Below are positions 47,033-55,730 of a stretch of DNA of 64,000 nucleotides, one piece after another. The notes beneath the pieces were generated by a model. That model was not told where the DNA came from and did not search any database. It saw only the letters and a program-made list of their open reading frames with translations. Each line of letters starts with the position of its first letter. Positions within the stretch are counted from its first letter, which is position 1. This DNA comes from Patescibacteria group bacterium (GTDB lineage: Bacteria; Patescibacteriota; Minisyncoccia; UBA6257; GWB1-50-10): NCBI GenBank assembly GCA_040757555.1, contig JBFLWN010000005.1:8045-72044 (forward strand), given 5' to 3'. The translations under genes and the position numbers were made by a program.

Positions 47033-47302
47033 TTAAGCTATTTTTTTAAAACTTGTTTCTTTTTTAATCCAAATATCAACCACATTTTTATTATCCGGAT
47101 TCTCTTTTTCATTGAGTTCTATGGTTTTAGTTAAGTATCCTTCTTTTTCAAGATCTTCTATATATTCTTTAAATCTAGGATTAGTCCTATTAAAATGCCC
47201 ATTGTATTTATATCCCATTGCCAGTAATTCACTGTGGTCATATTCTGGGTTAGGACCAGTACCACCTCCAGCAAATGCATCCTTGTATTTATTTATATCC
47301 AT
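47033..47302 (-). CDS. Hypothetical protein (island)
   Basis: 89-aa ORF. Confidence 0.35.
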   Translation of the reverse strand: MDINKYKDAFAGGGTGPNPEYDHSELLAMGYKYNGHFNRTNPRFKEYIEDLEKEGYLTKTIELNEKENPDNKNVVDIWIKKETSFKKIA

Positions 47303-47333
47303 AAAATAATTATACTTTACATTGCTTTACACA

Positions 47334-48440
47334 CTAAGTGGATAACTTTTTATATTTATATGGCTCAAATTCAGCAAGTGCTTCATCTATTTGGATCACC
47401 CAGTTTCTGATTTTATTATTGGTAATTATTTTATTTGCTGTTTGCACATCTCTCATAAATCTATACCAAGTGCGACAATTGGATTTTTTTGAAAGAATGG
47501 ATCGTAACATTCTAAATCCCCCGTCATCCTTAGCGAGTGTGGTTAATCCAATTAAATAAATCGCTTGTTTTGGTCTTATTTTTTTATTACCCACAAAAAG
47601 TATTCGCAAAGCATCCTTCATACTAAATGGCAATGCAAATAGTCCGAGACTTCTTTCTTTTATTAATCTATTCCAATAATAGATCATTACTTTCTGGCTA
47701 AGATCGGAATTAAATATATCTTTGAAGATTAGATTTTTTTGGTAACCTAGTTGTTCAAAGAGCTTATTCATCTTTTGTTTACTTCCTAATCGTATCTCAA
47801 AACGAATTATTTCAACTGATCCTTCTTTGAGATCTTCAAAAAGACTCCGCTGATATTTTGGTTGCTCTTTATCTATCGCTCGCTTATCTTCTTTTTTGAG
47901 ATCCGCGATTTTGTCATAGATAACAAGTTGATGAGAAGTAGTATGAGCATATAAACTCTCTCCACCGTTGATGTATCGAGTTTGTGCTAAATCAAAACAT
48001 TTTGTGATATTAACTTTATTTATTTCAGAAATTACATAACTTACTGTAAATCCATCCCTTAGTTGTATATTTTTAGAAAAATGAACCGAACTTACCGATG
48101 CATTCTCTAACACCTCCTTATCTGCTATAACTCCCATTGCGTTTAATCTTTCTTGCAACATATTGATCACTGATGGAAAATCACTCTGTTGGACCTCATC
48201 CAAATTATTAAGAAAAAGTAATTTCGGGATTGAAAACTCTATTCTTATATTCTTTTCCTTGCCCAACCCATTGCGTTTATAGCCCGTAAGACGGGGTAGA
48301 TAAGACCATTTCTCCAAATCATTTTTTGATGGATTTCTCACGAACTTTTGATATTGAGCAGTTTTTGAATTAAGATCCCAGGCCCCGACAGAAAACCTTA
48401 ACTTGTCCATTGGGATAAGCAGATTTATTGTATCAATCAT
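47334..48440 (-). CDS. Hypothetical protein, possible replication/mobilisation initiator of the element
   Basis: 368 aa; position between xis-like gene and an origin-like intergenic region; no firm motif. Confidence 0.3.
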   Translation of the reverse strand: MIDTINLLIPMDKLRFSVGAWDLNSKTAQYQKFVRNPSKNDLEKWSYLPRLTGYKRNGLGKEKNIRIEFSIPKLLFLNNLDEVQQSDFPSVINMLQERLNAMGVIADKEVLENASVSSVHFSKNIQLRDGFTVSYVISEINKVNITKCFDLAQTRYINGGESLYAHTTSHQLVIYDKIADLKKEDKRAIDKEQPKYQRSLFEDLKEGSVEIIRFEIRLGSKQKMNKLFEQLGYQKNLIFKDIFNSDLSQKVMIYYWNRLIKERSLGLFALPFSMKDALRILFVGNKKIRPKQAIYLIGLTTLAKDDGGFRMLRSILSKKSNCRTWYRFMRDVQTANKIITNNKIRNWVIQIDEALAEFEPYKYKKLST

Positions 48441-48657
48441 TGTTTTGTAATTGTTTTTTTACGTAAAGCGACGGGTTTATTCGCTTGTCGACTTTTATAA
48501 GTAATGCGAAAAAACCAACAAGATTATGTCTCTCTTCTGACGATAATTCATCTAACTTTCCACATTTTTTCTTATCAACTTCCTGCATAAATAATAATCC
48601 AGTGTTTATGCAACTAGGCTATTATTTACTTGAAATCTTATACAAGAATTTTGTGTA

Positions 48658-49485
48658 CTACACTTCTTTTCTTCTTTTTTTCTGAATGGAAATAATTTTT
48701 CCTATCATCCCCTCATCCACCGAAAGCTCGTCTGGAAAACGTTCAATGACTAGACTCATAATTTTTTTGTGTGGAAGTTGACGGCTATCATAGATAAATA
48801 GATCTCTTTGGACTATAGATTTCTTTTTTGTTTTTATTTTTCCAATTTTAACTTCGGTAATCTTATACCCATTTTGTAGTGGTTTGACCTCTGTTTTATA
48901 TGTTTTTTCGATAAAATCTAAAATATCTCTCTTGCTCATATACGGACTTATCTTAATTGCGATTGGATATGCCTTATTGTCATATTCCTCAAAACATTCG
49001 TAATCTTCTCCAAGGTCTTTTTTGTCTCGCAACAAATCTCTTACAACTGCAAGATTATAAGAATTAAAATCCACTGGCTCTACGAACTCGTCGTAAAAAA
49101 GATAATTAAGAAAAACTTCATACCATTCGAGATAATGTAGATAATATTTATCAAGAAGGGTCTTAATTTCCACACTCAAAACACCCCACTTTTTCTTGTT
49201 TCTTATATATTTCCATTTTCCTGGCATTATAAATCTGGATGACGGATTATATTCATCTCTTTTTTCTACTGGAGAAAATCCAGAATCGGGAATTTCAAGT
49301 TCTTTCCTAAGTTTTTTTATTTTTTCGTTCACAAAATCACTCTGTAAAATCACCTCTACATAATTCTTAAGTTTTTTATAAGACTGCGTCTTAATATTTG
49401 CACTCGTACGTTTTTTTGCGTTTTCTTCAAGAAACTGAAACATCGGAACAAATTCCCCGTTTTCATTCAGATTTGCCATATACAA
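48658..49485 (-). CDS. Hypothetical protein (island)
   Basis: 275-aa ORF; basic. Confidence 0.35.
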   Translation of the reverse strand: MYMANLNENGEFVPMFQFLEENAKKRTSANIKTQSYKKLKNYVEVILQSDFVNEKIKKLRKELEIPDSGFSPVEKRDEYNPSSRFIMPGKWKYIRNKKKWGVLSVEIKTLLDKYYLHYLEWYEVFLNYLFYDEFVEPVDFNSYNLAVVRDLLRDKKDLGEDYECFEEYDNKAYPIAIKISPYMSKRDILDFIEKTYKTEVKPLQNGYKITEVKIGKIKTKKKSIVQRDLFIYDSRQLPHKKIMSLVIERFPDELSVDEGMIGKIISIQKKRRKEV

Positions 49486-49589
49486 TAATTAAAACCTATT
49501 TAAAAACATTTCATAGTCTTCACGTAATTCTCAAAAAACGATAAAAGTGCTAACGTATAATCAACAACCAAATAAGAGACCTAACCCCA

Positions 49590-49815
49590 AGAAATTCCAA
49601 CATTTTCCGATATTTCCTGGGTAGGGTTTAAAACAAGCGCGACGAGCATAAAGATCCCATCATCAGGGTCGCTCGTCGCGTCATACAGGGAAACTTGTAT
49701 GTAGGTCGCAAGGCCTTACCTGGTGGTGGGTTTTTTGATTTTCTACCCCCCAGGTTTTCCTATATTTACCGAAGTCTTGTCCCCGATAGTTCCTTATATT
49801 TTCCGATATTTGTTT
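49590..49815. promoter_or_regulatory. Structured, GC-richer intergenic region with 10-bp perfect GC inverted repeat and three copies of TTTTCC(G/T)ATATTT (origin/oriT/att-like)
   Basis: CGCGACGAGC...GCTCGTCGCG hairpin at 49637..49680; iteron-like repeats at 49604, 49755, 49799; CCTGGGTAGG / CTACCCCCCAGG inverted motifs. Confidence 0.4.
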
Positions 49816-49859
49816 TTTAGAAATTTTATTAAAAGGTCAAAAAATAATGATAAATTCTT

Positions 49860-50048
49860 ATGAATTTAGATAAAAAGATTAAATTCAGTGATGTTTTGTG
49901 GTCAATTATTCCGGCAAGTATTTTGATTTCTGCGTTAAATGTGTTTTTGGGCGTAAGGGGTACATTAATTCCGATATTATCAGTTGCCTTTTTCACATAT
50001 CTAATAAGTAGGGTTAGGATTTGGAGAAACACACACAAATCTAAATAA
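49860..50048 (+). CDS. Small 2-TM protein
   Basis: 62-aa ORF. Confidence 0.3.
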   Translation: MNLDKKIKFSDVLWSIIPASILISALNVFLGVRGTLIPILSVAFFTYLISRVRIWRNTHKSK

Positions 50049-50143
50049 AATGGCCATAATTATTTGTAATACCATAAAAATTTGGATGTTTTATACCCCC
50101 ATTCTTCCTAGTTTTTCCTAGTTTTAAAAATCTTTAATTACAT

Positions 50144-50446
50144 ATGGATAACAATAAAAACACCATAGTTATTATATTCTTGACATATTGGATTGGAGCG
50201 ACCGCCACGTTGTTATTGCCAATAAAAAATTCCCCAAGGAATATATTTTTAGTCGCGATTATAGGAATTATTTGGTCATTTACTATTTTTATTTCCCTTT
50301 TTGACAAAAATAATTCTGGCAATTTATATCGATACACGAGAAATAGACCTAATATTCGGTTTAAAAATAAAAAGAAGGTTATACAAAAATCACTCGTTAG
50401 GTCATTACAAGAAGAAAAAGATCTAAATAATAAAGAGGATTTTTAG
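50144..50446 (+). CDS. Small membrane protein
   Basis: 100 aa; 2 TM plus basic tail. Confidence 0.35.
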   Translation: MDNNKNTIVIIFLTYWIGATATLLLPIKNSPRNIFLVAIIGIIWSFTIFISLFDKNNSGNLYRYTRNRPNIRFKNKKKVIQKSLVRSLQEEKDLNNKEDF

Positions 50447-50489
50447 CTCTTTACTTCAACTTGCACAATGGTATTGTTTCATACATAAA

Positions 50490-51263
50490 ATGGAAGTCCC
50501 AAATAATATAAGACACATTTTCGAGAAAATCGAAAAAAGCGAGGATGAATGGAAAGCTCTTTATATGGCTGTTTGGTATTATTCTTATTACATCAAAGAT
50601 GAATATATAGACAGTGGAAAAAATGACCCAGCAGAGAAATTATCTAGACTTATAAATGGCTCTGGAACAGCCTCCACTATTAAAGTGTTTGATTTTAAAA
50701 CAGGAACAGGGACTGCTAGTAGTGCCGTCATAGTGTTTCCAGATGAAAGTCCGGGTGAAGAGATAATTAATCTTGAATTACCAGCATCAAAAAAGGGGCA
50801 CTCTTACAAATGGAAGCCAAAAGAACTTTATTCTATTCTCACATCCCGGGATGGACAATTTACTCTCGGCCATCTACAAACACTCTTCTCATTATTTGAA
50901 GAGTTGTTATGTGAAACATCTAAGACGCTTTTTGATTTAGAAATAAATACCGGAAAATGGAAGGGAATAGAAACTTTCTTTAGCCAAAATAGTTTTAAAG
51001 ATATTCTTTTACCAGAAGAACTCGGGGAATTAAAATTAGCAAAAGAAACAAGAAATTGTTTTATTCATAACAACTCAAAAATAGATGATAAGTGGTTGTC
51101 TGCATATCAAGGCGTCAGAGAAACCAAAACATTACTCCCTGACTTAATAGGAGCAGATTTAGATAGTGGGCTACAAAATACATTCCACGAAATAGAAAAT
51201 TGGCACGATTTAATTGTCGATATCTCTAAAAGAATTGTGGAAAAAATCTCACGTATGAATTAA
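50490..51263 (+). CDS. Hypothetical protein with HEPN-like R-N-x3-H motif (Abi-like candidate)
   Basis: ELKLAKETRNCFIHNNSKIDD near the C-terminus. Confidence 0.4.
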   Translation: MEVPNNIRHIFEKIEKSEDEWKALYMAVWYYSYYIKDEYIDSGKNDPAEKLSRLINGSGTASTIKVFDFKTGTGTASSAVIVFPDESPGEEIINLELPASKKGHSYKWKPKELYSILTSRDGQFTLGHLQTLFSLFEELLCETSKTLFDLEINTGKWKGIETFFSQNSFKDILLPEELGELKLAKETRNCFIHNNSKIDDKWLSAYQGVRETKTLLPDLIGADLDSGLQNTFHEIENWHDLIVDISKRIVEKISRMN

Positions 51264-51265
51264 CT

Positions 51266-51766
51266 ATGATACCTATAAAAACGAAAATACGAAGGTTCTG
51301 TCTACTCTGCAAACATCATAAACTTTTTTCGTTTCTCTCTACTCGGTACAAATTAAAATTGAACTCTCTTCACGGGAAAAAACATTGGTCCCGCGTTGGG
51401 AAAATCGGAACTTATTTGTCTTATTATACCGGTGCTGATTGTGAGGTGGTGTTTTTATTCGCCTATTTACACGACATAGAGCGGAACAACGAAAATTATG
51501 ATCCAGAACACGGACAAAGATCGGCTGTATTTATAGAAAAATTATATAACGAAAAAAAGATTAAAATCTCACAAAACCAATTAGAGCTACTCACATTTGC
51601 CTGTCAACACCATAACAACTCTGATATGAAAAGTGATAATGTCACCATTCAAACTTGTTGGGATGCAGATAGACTAGATTTATGGCGCGCTGGCATCATT
51701 CCCGATCCATCTCTACTGAACACCGAGTTTAGCAAAACAGAAAACGCAATCAATTATCTAAGATAA
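51266..51766 (+). CDS. HD-domain phosphohydrolase
   Basis: H...HD...H...D pattern: LHGKKHW, YLHDIER, CQHH, DADRLDL. Confidence 0.5.
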   Translation: MIPIKTKIRRFCLLCKHHKLFSFLSTRYKLKLNSLHGKKHWSRVGKIGTYLSYYTGADCEVVFLFAYLHDIERNNENYDPEHGQRSAVFIEKLYNEKKIKISQNQLELLTFACQHHNNSDMKSDNVTIQTCWDADRLDLWRAGIIPDPSLLNTEFSKTENAINYLR

Positions 51767-51814
51767 GATCCCTATTTACCACAGTTTATAAAGTGATATT
51801 GTTCAATATATAAA

Positions 51815-52006
51815 ATGGATGTATTCGAAATAACACTAAACATAATCTGGAAGCCCATATATTTCGTATGGAGATTAATACGTTGGTTTTCTCTCCTTAT
51901 TTGGAAGTTTTTGAAGGATATAATGAACAGTCTTTATGGAAAAATAATAGCAATCTTAGCTACCGCCATTTTGACATATCTAATATCCCAACTATTGAAC
52001 AAATAG
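51815..52006 (+). CDS. Small membrane protein
   Basis: 63-aa ORF. Confidence 0.3.
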   Translation: MDVFEITLNIIWKPIYFVWRLIRWFSLLIWKFLKDIMNSLYGKIIAILATAILTYLISQLLNK

Positions 52007-52033
52007 ATCTACTAGCCTATCATCAGGATAAAA

Positions 52034-52291
52034 TTGTATAATAGAACTATGACTGATAAAGAAATAATTTTTAATACTCCAAAAAACCTCGATGAGTTTA
52101 CAGATCAATTTGTGATTTTCTTCTCAGAAGATGCAGAACCAAAAGTTTTGTTCAATTCTTTTATTGCGGAAGAGACCTACAAAAAAGCTGAAGAAATAAA
52201 AATAGAACAAAACAGGGAGCCTGTGGTAATTAGAGTTCAGAAAAGTAATATATCTAACAGCATCACACAAATGTTGTCGATGAGGTTTTAG
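52034..52291 (+). CDS. Hypothetical protein
   Basis: 85-aa ORF. Confidence 0.3.
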   Translation: MYNRTMTDKEIIFNTPKNLDEFTDQFVIFFSEDAEPKVLFNSFIAEETYKKAEEIKIEQNREPVVIRVQKSNISNSITQMLSMRF

Positions 52292-52295
52292 TTGT

Positions 52296-52967
52296 ATGTT
52301 CTGTAAGGTCCCATATACAGCAATAGGAGGAAGACACCGACCTTATCTCGAGGTTGTTTTTTCTAATAAACTGAAAAATAAAAACAGTAACAAAACATTT
52401 GCGATGGTTGATTCTGGTGCAGATCATACCGTTATCCCATTTTCAATAGGGGCATTTATAGGACTAACTGAGCCAACTCAAGAAGAAAAATTAGCAAACG
52501 TAAGTGGTGTTGGTGGTAATTTAAGTTACATAGAAAGAAAATGTAGAATTTATGTCGCTAATAGGATGAGAAACAAGACCTATGGGTTTGATGAAACTGT
52601 TTGGTGGATATATCCAGATGCCGACACACAAAAACAACAAGAATCTCTAGCAAAAACGCTTCAGGAACTACAAGTCCTTCAAGCTCAAAGTTATCCAGGT
52701 AGTGATCTTTTTAATCACTTCGAAAATCAAAAAAAGCAGACAATTGATAATTTTATAGCAATTGCCAATAAATTAGAAACTGGGGTTCTTTTAGGTCGTC
52801 CATTCTTCGATAATTTTGATTTTATCCAGTTCTTCCATAAGGATCGAAGTAGAGAAGACAGGTGTTTTTTTAATTATAAGGTCGCTAACAACAAAGCGGT
52901 TGAGGTATTACCAATTCAACAAACCGACTTTATAAACCAGATTCAAGCTACTAAGCAAGAAGGTTAG
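52296..52967 (+). CDS. Retropepsin-like (clan AA) aspartic protease domain protein
   Basis: AMVDSGADHTVIP (D-S-G-A active site) and LLGRPFF flap/C-terminal motif. Confidence 0.5.
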   Translation: MFCKVPYTAIGGRHRPYLEVVFSNKLKNKNSNKTFAMVDSGADHTVIPFSIGAFIGLTEPTQEEKLANVSGVGGNLSYIERKCRIYVANRMRNKTYGFDETVWWIYPDADTQKQQESLAKTLQELQVLQAQSYPGSDLFNHFENQKKQTIDNFIAIANKLETGVLLGRPFFDNFDFIQFFHKDRSREDRCFFNYKVANNKAVEVLPIQQTDFINQIQATKQEG

Positions 52968-53144
52968 TGTGGAAGGATTTTTTGGGATTTACAAAATCAA
53001 AGATTCCACTAAACTCAAGTTCCTGTTTTATTAACCCCCAATTAAGAGTTCTGAACTTGTTTACCATTGGGAGCAGAGTTGACAAATCTACTTTTATGCC
53101 TTATAATATGGGCAGTATTTTAATTCATAAAAAGGAGTATCAAA

Positions 53145-53585
53145 ATGATTGGTCAATACACCTTAAAACTCTCTGACGTTGTAGCATCCGAGAATTTATT
53201 CTCAGACAAGGAAAAAATTAATAACATTATCCGAGTCCTTACATTTGATTCAATTGAGGGCTTCCTATTCTGTCTCAAATTTAATTTCTTGCCAGGATGG
53301 ACACTTCCAGAAGATATCCAACAGCATCATGTCTTCTACAAAGTGAAAAGAGAAAACGGAGAACTCACTCCCCTCAGATGGGCTGACTCCATACAAGGAG
53401 AAACAGAAAAGATATTTGTCCTCGCCTTGAAAGATAGTACCTTCAGAATAATTCTTCGAGAGAATTATCAAATTCATTTCTCCGAAGTACATTCCGGAAA
53501 TCCAAAAATGATTTTAGGTGTCAGAGAAATTCCGGGTGGCTATGATATAGCTACTGATATCGGAAAATATAGTATACAGAATTAA
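53145..53585 (+). CDS. Hypothetical protein
   Basis: 146-aa ORF followed by a strong terminator. Confidence 0.4.
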   Translation: MIGQYTLKLSDVVASENLFSDKEKINNIIRVLTFDSIEGFLFCLKFNFLPGWTLPEDIQQHHVFYKVKRENGELTPLRWADSIQGETEKIFVLALKDSTFRIILRENYQIHFSEVHSGNPKMILGVREIPGGYDIATDIGKYSIQN

Positions 53586-53588
53586 AAA

Positions 53589-53616
53589 GAAACCCCGATC
53601 TATTTCGGGGTTTTTT
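53589..53616 (+). terminator. Rho-independent terminator (cassette boundary module)
   Basis: GAAACCCCGATCTATTTCGGGGTTTTTT. Confidence 0.75.
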
Positions 53617-53636
53617 CTTTATTCCACTTTAATCCT

Positions 53637-53706
53637 GGTTCTAATATCGTCTAGCACTGTGAGCAAACGTATTGACAAACGTAAATAACCGTGCTATAAT
53701 TAGCAC
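53637..53706 (+). promoter_or_regulatory. Cassette promoter-operator module copy 1
   Basis: GGTTCTAATATCGTCTAGCACTGTGAGCAAACGTA-TTGACA-17nt-TATAAT; palindrome GTGCTATAATTAGCAC overlaps the -10. Confidence 0.6.
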
Positions 53707-53736
53707 AGAAAATAAAAAACATCAAAGGAGTTTAGT

Positions 53737-54006
53737 ATGGGAACTACGGTATTGGATATTCTAAAAGCTGAACAAACAGCATTGGATATTGCAGCACAAA
53801 AAATTGACCTAACATACGAACAAGTATGTGGGAATTTAAAATTTTATTGTGGCTGGAATCCAAAAACAGAAGAAGGAATAAAAGAACAAATAACTTCTGG
53901 ACTACCGCAACTAAAAGACGTAAAGGTTAAAGTGTGGGGATTTTTTCACGTAAAAATAACTTTTACTATGCCAGACGGAACTCGTAGGAAATATGAGTAC
54001 AAATGA
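53737..54006 (+). CDS. Hypothetical small protein (cassette 1)
   Basis: AAAGGAG RBS; 89 aa. Confidence 0.45.
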   Translation: MGTTVLDILKAEQTALDIAAQKIDLTYEQVCGNLKFYCGWNPKTEEGIKEQITSGLPQLKDVKVKVWGFFHVKITFTMPDGTRRKYEYK

Positions 54007-54094
54007 ATTTTTAACTTAAGCCACCGAAATATATAGTAGGTGGCTTTTTTTCAAAACTCTACATCAATTCAAATTCATTTCGCATTCCTCACCT

Positions 54095-54163
54095 ATTCTC
54101 GTTCTAATATCGTCTAACACTGTGAGCAAACGTATTGACAATAGCACATCTCTGTGCTATTGT
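54095..54163 (+). promoter_or_regulatory. Cassette promoter-operator module copy 2
   Basis: TCTCGTTCTAATATCGTCTAACACTGTGAGCAAACGTA-TTGACA; palindrome ATAGCACATCTCTGTGCTAT in the spacer; TATTGT -10 candidate. Confidence 0.6.
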
Positions 54164-54190
54164 TTTTATAGTTCTATCACACAAATAAAT

Positions 54191-54427
54191 ATGGAAGAAA
54201 AGGCATTTTTAGTCGGAACGCACAGAGCAATGTTTCACGCTGGAGAACCAGCTGAAATTACTGAAGTTGTTTTTTCAACTCCAGAAGGACTTAAACCTCG
54301 TGCCTGTTATCGAGTTCGTTTTGAAAATGGAGATGAAGACCTTATACCGATTTCTGAATCTCATCATTTCGAAATAATATCGGAAAGTGATGTAAAATCA
54401 GAAAAAATACCTGAAGTTATTCATTGA
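54191..54427 (+). CDS. Hypothetical small protein (cassette 2)
   Basis: Start MEEKAFLVG downstream of the promoter module; the ORF-track start 54122 lies inside the promoter. Confidence 0.45.
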   Translation: MEEKAFLVGTHRAMFHAGEPAEITEVVFSTPEGLKPRACYRVRFENGDEDLIPISESHHFEIISESDVKSEKIPEVIH

Positions 54428-54439
54428 TCAATATTAGAA

Positions 54440-54466
54440 AGAAACCCCGAAATTCTCGGGGTTTTT
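54440..54466 (+). terminator. Rho-independent terminator (cassette boundary module)
   Basis: GAAACCCCGAAATTCTCGGGGTTTTT followed by GCTATTTTATATCCCCCAC. Confidence 0.75.
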
Positions 54467-54486
54467 GCTATTTTATATCCCCCACC

Positions 54487-54552
54487 CTCGTTCTAATATC
54501 ATCTAAAACTCTGAGCTAAAATTAAAAAAGATGATTTTGCGTCATCTTTTTT
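54487..54552 (+). promoter_or_regulatory. Degenerate module copy (no -35) plus hairpin terminator
   Basis: CTCGTTCTAATATCATCTAAAACTCTGAGCTAAAATT then AAGATGATTTTGCGTCATCTTTTTT. Confidence 0.45.
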
Positions 54553-54674
54553 AATTTCTGTTTTTTGACGGTAGGATTCGAACGGGAAAGGGGTCGGGAA
54601 AACGGAAGTTTTCCCGTGGTGGAAGTATTGAAACCGCAAGGTGTCAGAGAGCGAATAAAATGGGCGACGTGAGA

Positions 54675-54689
54675 TTCCTACCTCCGGAG
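54675..54689 (+). repeat. 15-bp exact direct repeat of tRNA-Asn 3' end (TCCTACCTCCGGAGC); candidate attR core
   Basis: Identical to 42562..42576; extended 17/18 match. Confidence 0.65.
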
Positions 54690-54694
54690 CATCC

Positions 54695-54723
54695 ATTGAC
54701 AATAGCATAGAAATATGCTATTT
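54695..54723 (+). promoter_or_regulatory. Cassette promoter-operator module copy 3
   Basis: TTGACA-ATAGCATAGAAATATGCTAT(palindrome)-TATTTT at 17-bp spacing; immediately follows the tRNA-fragment repeat. Confidence 0.55.
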
Positions 54724-54760
54724 TGTTTGTAGAAATTATTAACAAATTATAGGTGAAAGA

Positions 54761-55189
54761 ATGAAGGGAAAATTGCCGATCACAGAAAAAATTATCCTCG
54801 AAAGCAATGAGGATCAGTGGCGATTAAAAGTAAAAAAACTCATCACTGATTTCAAGACGTCTGGGATCATTGAAAAAGAACCTGGCACAAAAGTGCGAGT
54901 GCAACTTACAATAAACGAAATCATTCCTCCGGAAAGGGTCCGCTGGGAAAAAATACTGTCTCTCAAAACAGACAACCATGAGGAATATACGGAAAGTCTA
55001 AGAAAATCGCTTTTGTTTCTCTATGATTCGATGCTCAAGACAATCTGGACCTTTTATGGATACATAGAAGGAGAACAAAGAATCCCTATAATCATTATTT
55101 ACGTCGAATCCACGAATGTTGGTATATATACGCAAAAACTGAAAAGTGAATCGACAGAACATTTTTTCCCACCACATCTCTTGAATTAA
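54761..55189 (+). CDS. Hypothetical protein (cassette 3a)
   Basis: RBS AGGTGAAAG; 142 aa. Confidence 0.45.
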   Translation: MKGKLPITEKIILESNEDQWRLKVKKLITDFKTSGIIEKEPGTKVRVQLTINEIIPPERVRWEKILSLKTDNHEEYTESLRKSLLFLYDSMLKTIWTFYGYIEGEQRIPIIIIYVESTNVGIYTQKLKSESTEHFFPPHLLN

Positions 55190-55201
55190 AAGGAGGTAAC
55201 C

Positions 55202-55570
55202 ATGCCACTCGTACTTGTGCAGTATAAACAATTAGCATTCCTGGAAGAGGTTGTAGAAAAACTTTCAAAAGCGCTTCCAAAGATTGTAGCACCGAACCTT
55301 AATCTTTCTGAATATGAACGACTCGCGGGAGGTGTACTTCCAGAAGATATTATTGTTCGATGCACCAAGGGAGGGAAAATGGATACAAATGAAAAAGATA
55401 TTGGAATCATTATCTTTGCCCACGACTTCCCCGAGCGAAAAGAAAATCTCGAAGAACGCAAAGACGCTATCATAAAAGGCATTCATGAGTTTCTGGCTAC
55501 CAATTATGAACGCAACGTCTCTGGCTTCGTATGGATACTACTCGCACCGTCTGCATTTGGACAGTTATAA
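55202..55570 (+). CDS. Hypothetical protein (cassette 3b)
   Basis: AAAGGAGG RBS 12 nt after the previous stop; 122 aa. Confidence 0.45.
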   Translation: MPLVLVQYKQLAFLEEVVEKLSKALPKIVAPNLNLSEYERLAGGVLPEDIIVRCTKGGKMDTNEKDIGIIIFAHDFPERKENLEERKDAIIKGIHEFLATNYERNVSGFVWILLAPSAFGQL

Positions 55571-55576
55571 TTAATA

Positions 55577-55605
55577 TAAAACCCCGATCTATTTCGGGGT
55601 TTTTT
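55577..55605 (+). terminator. Rho-independent terminator (cassette boundary module)
   Basis: AAAACCCCGATCTATTTCGGGGTTTTTT followed by GCTATTTTATATCCCCCAC. Confidence 0.75.
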
Positions 55606-55623
55606 GCTATTTTATATCCCCCA

Positions 55624-55693
55624 CTCTCGTTCTAATATCGTCCAAAACGTTGAATAAATATATTGACTAACACCACCCGTAAGTGGTATTTTG
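55624..55693 (+). promoter_or_regulatory. Cassette promoter-operator module copy 4
   Basis: CTCGTTCTAATATCGTCCAAAACG...TTGACT-17nt-TATTTT with CCAC..GTGG inverted repeat in the spacer. Confidence 0.5.
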
Positions 55694-55730
55694 TTTTTAG
55701 TTGTTTATCAATATCATTTTGGAGGTTTCT

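Larger units (their letters stand above)
42579..54689. mobile_element. Integrated mobile element/genomic island at the 3' end of tRNA-Asn (right boundary provisional)
   Basis: Serine integrase abuts the tRNA; 15-bp exact direct repeat of the tRNA 3' end (TCCTACCTCCGGAGC) at 54675..54689; RM, excisionase-like and cargo genes lie between. Confidence 0.6.

Noticed and set aside
54499-54708. 69-aa minus-strand ORF
   Set aside because: Falls in the GC-rich structured tRNA-like fragment and spans a terminator hairpin; more likely non-coding.
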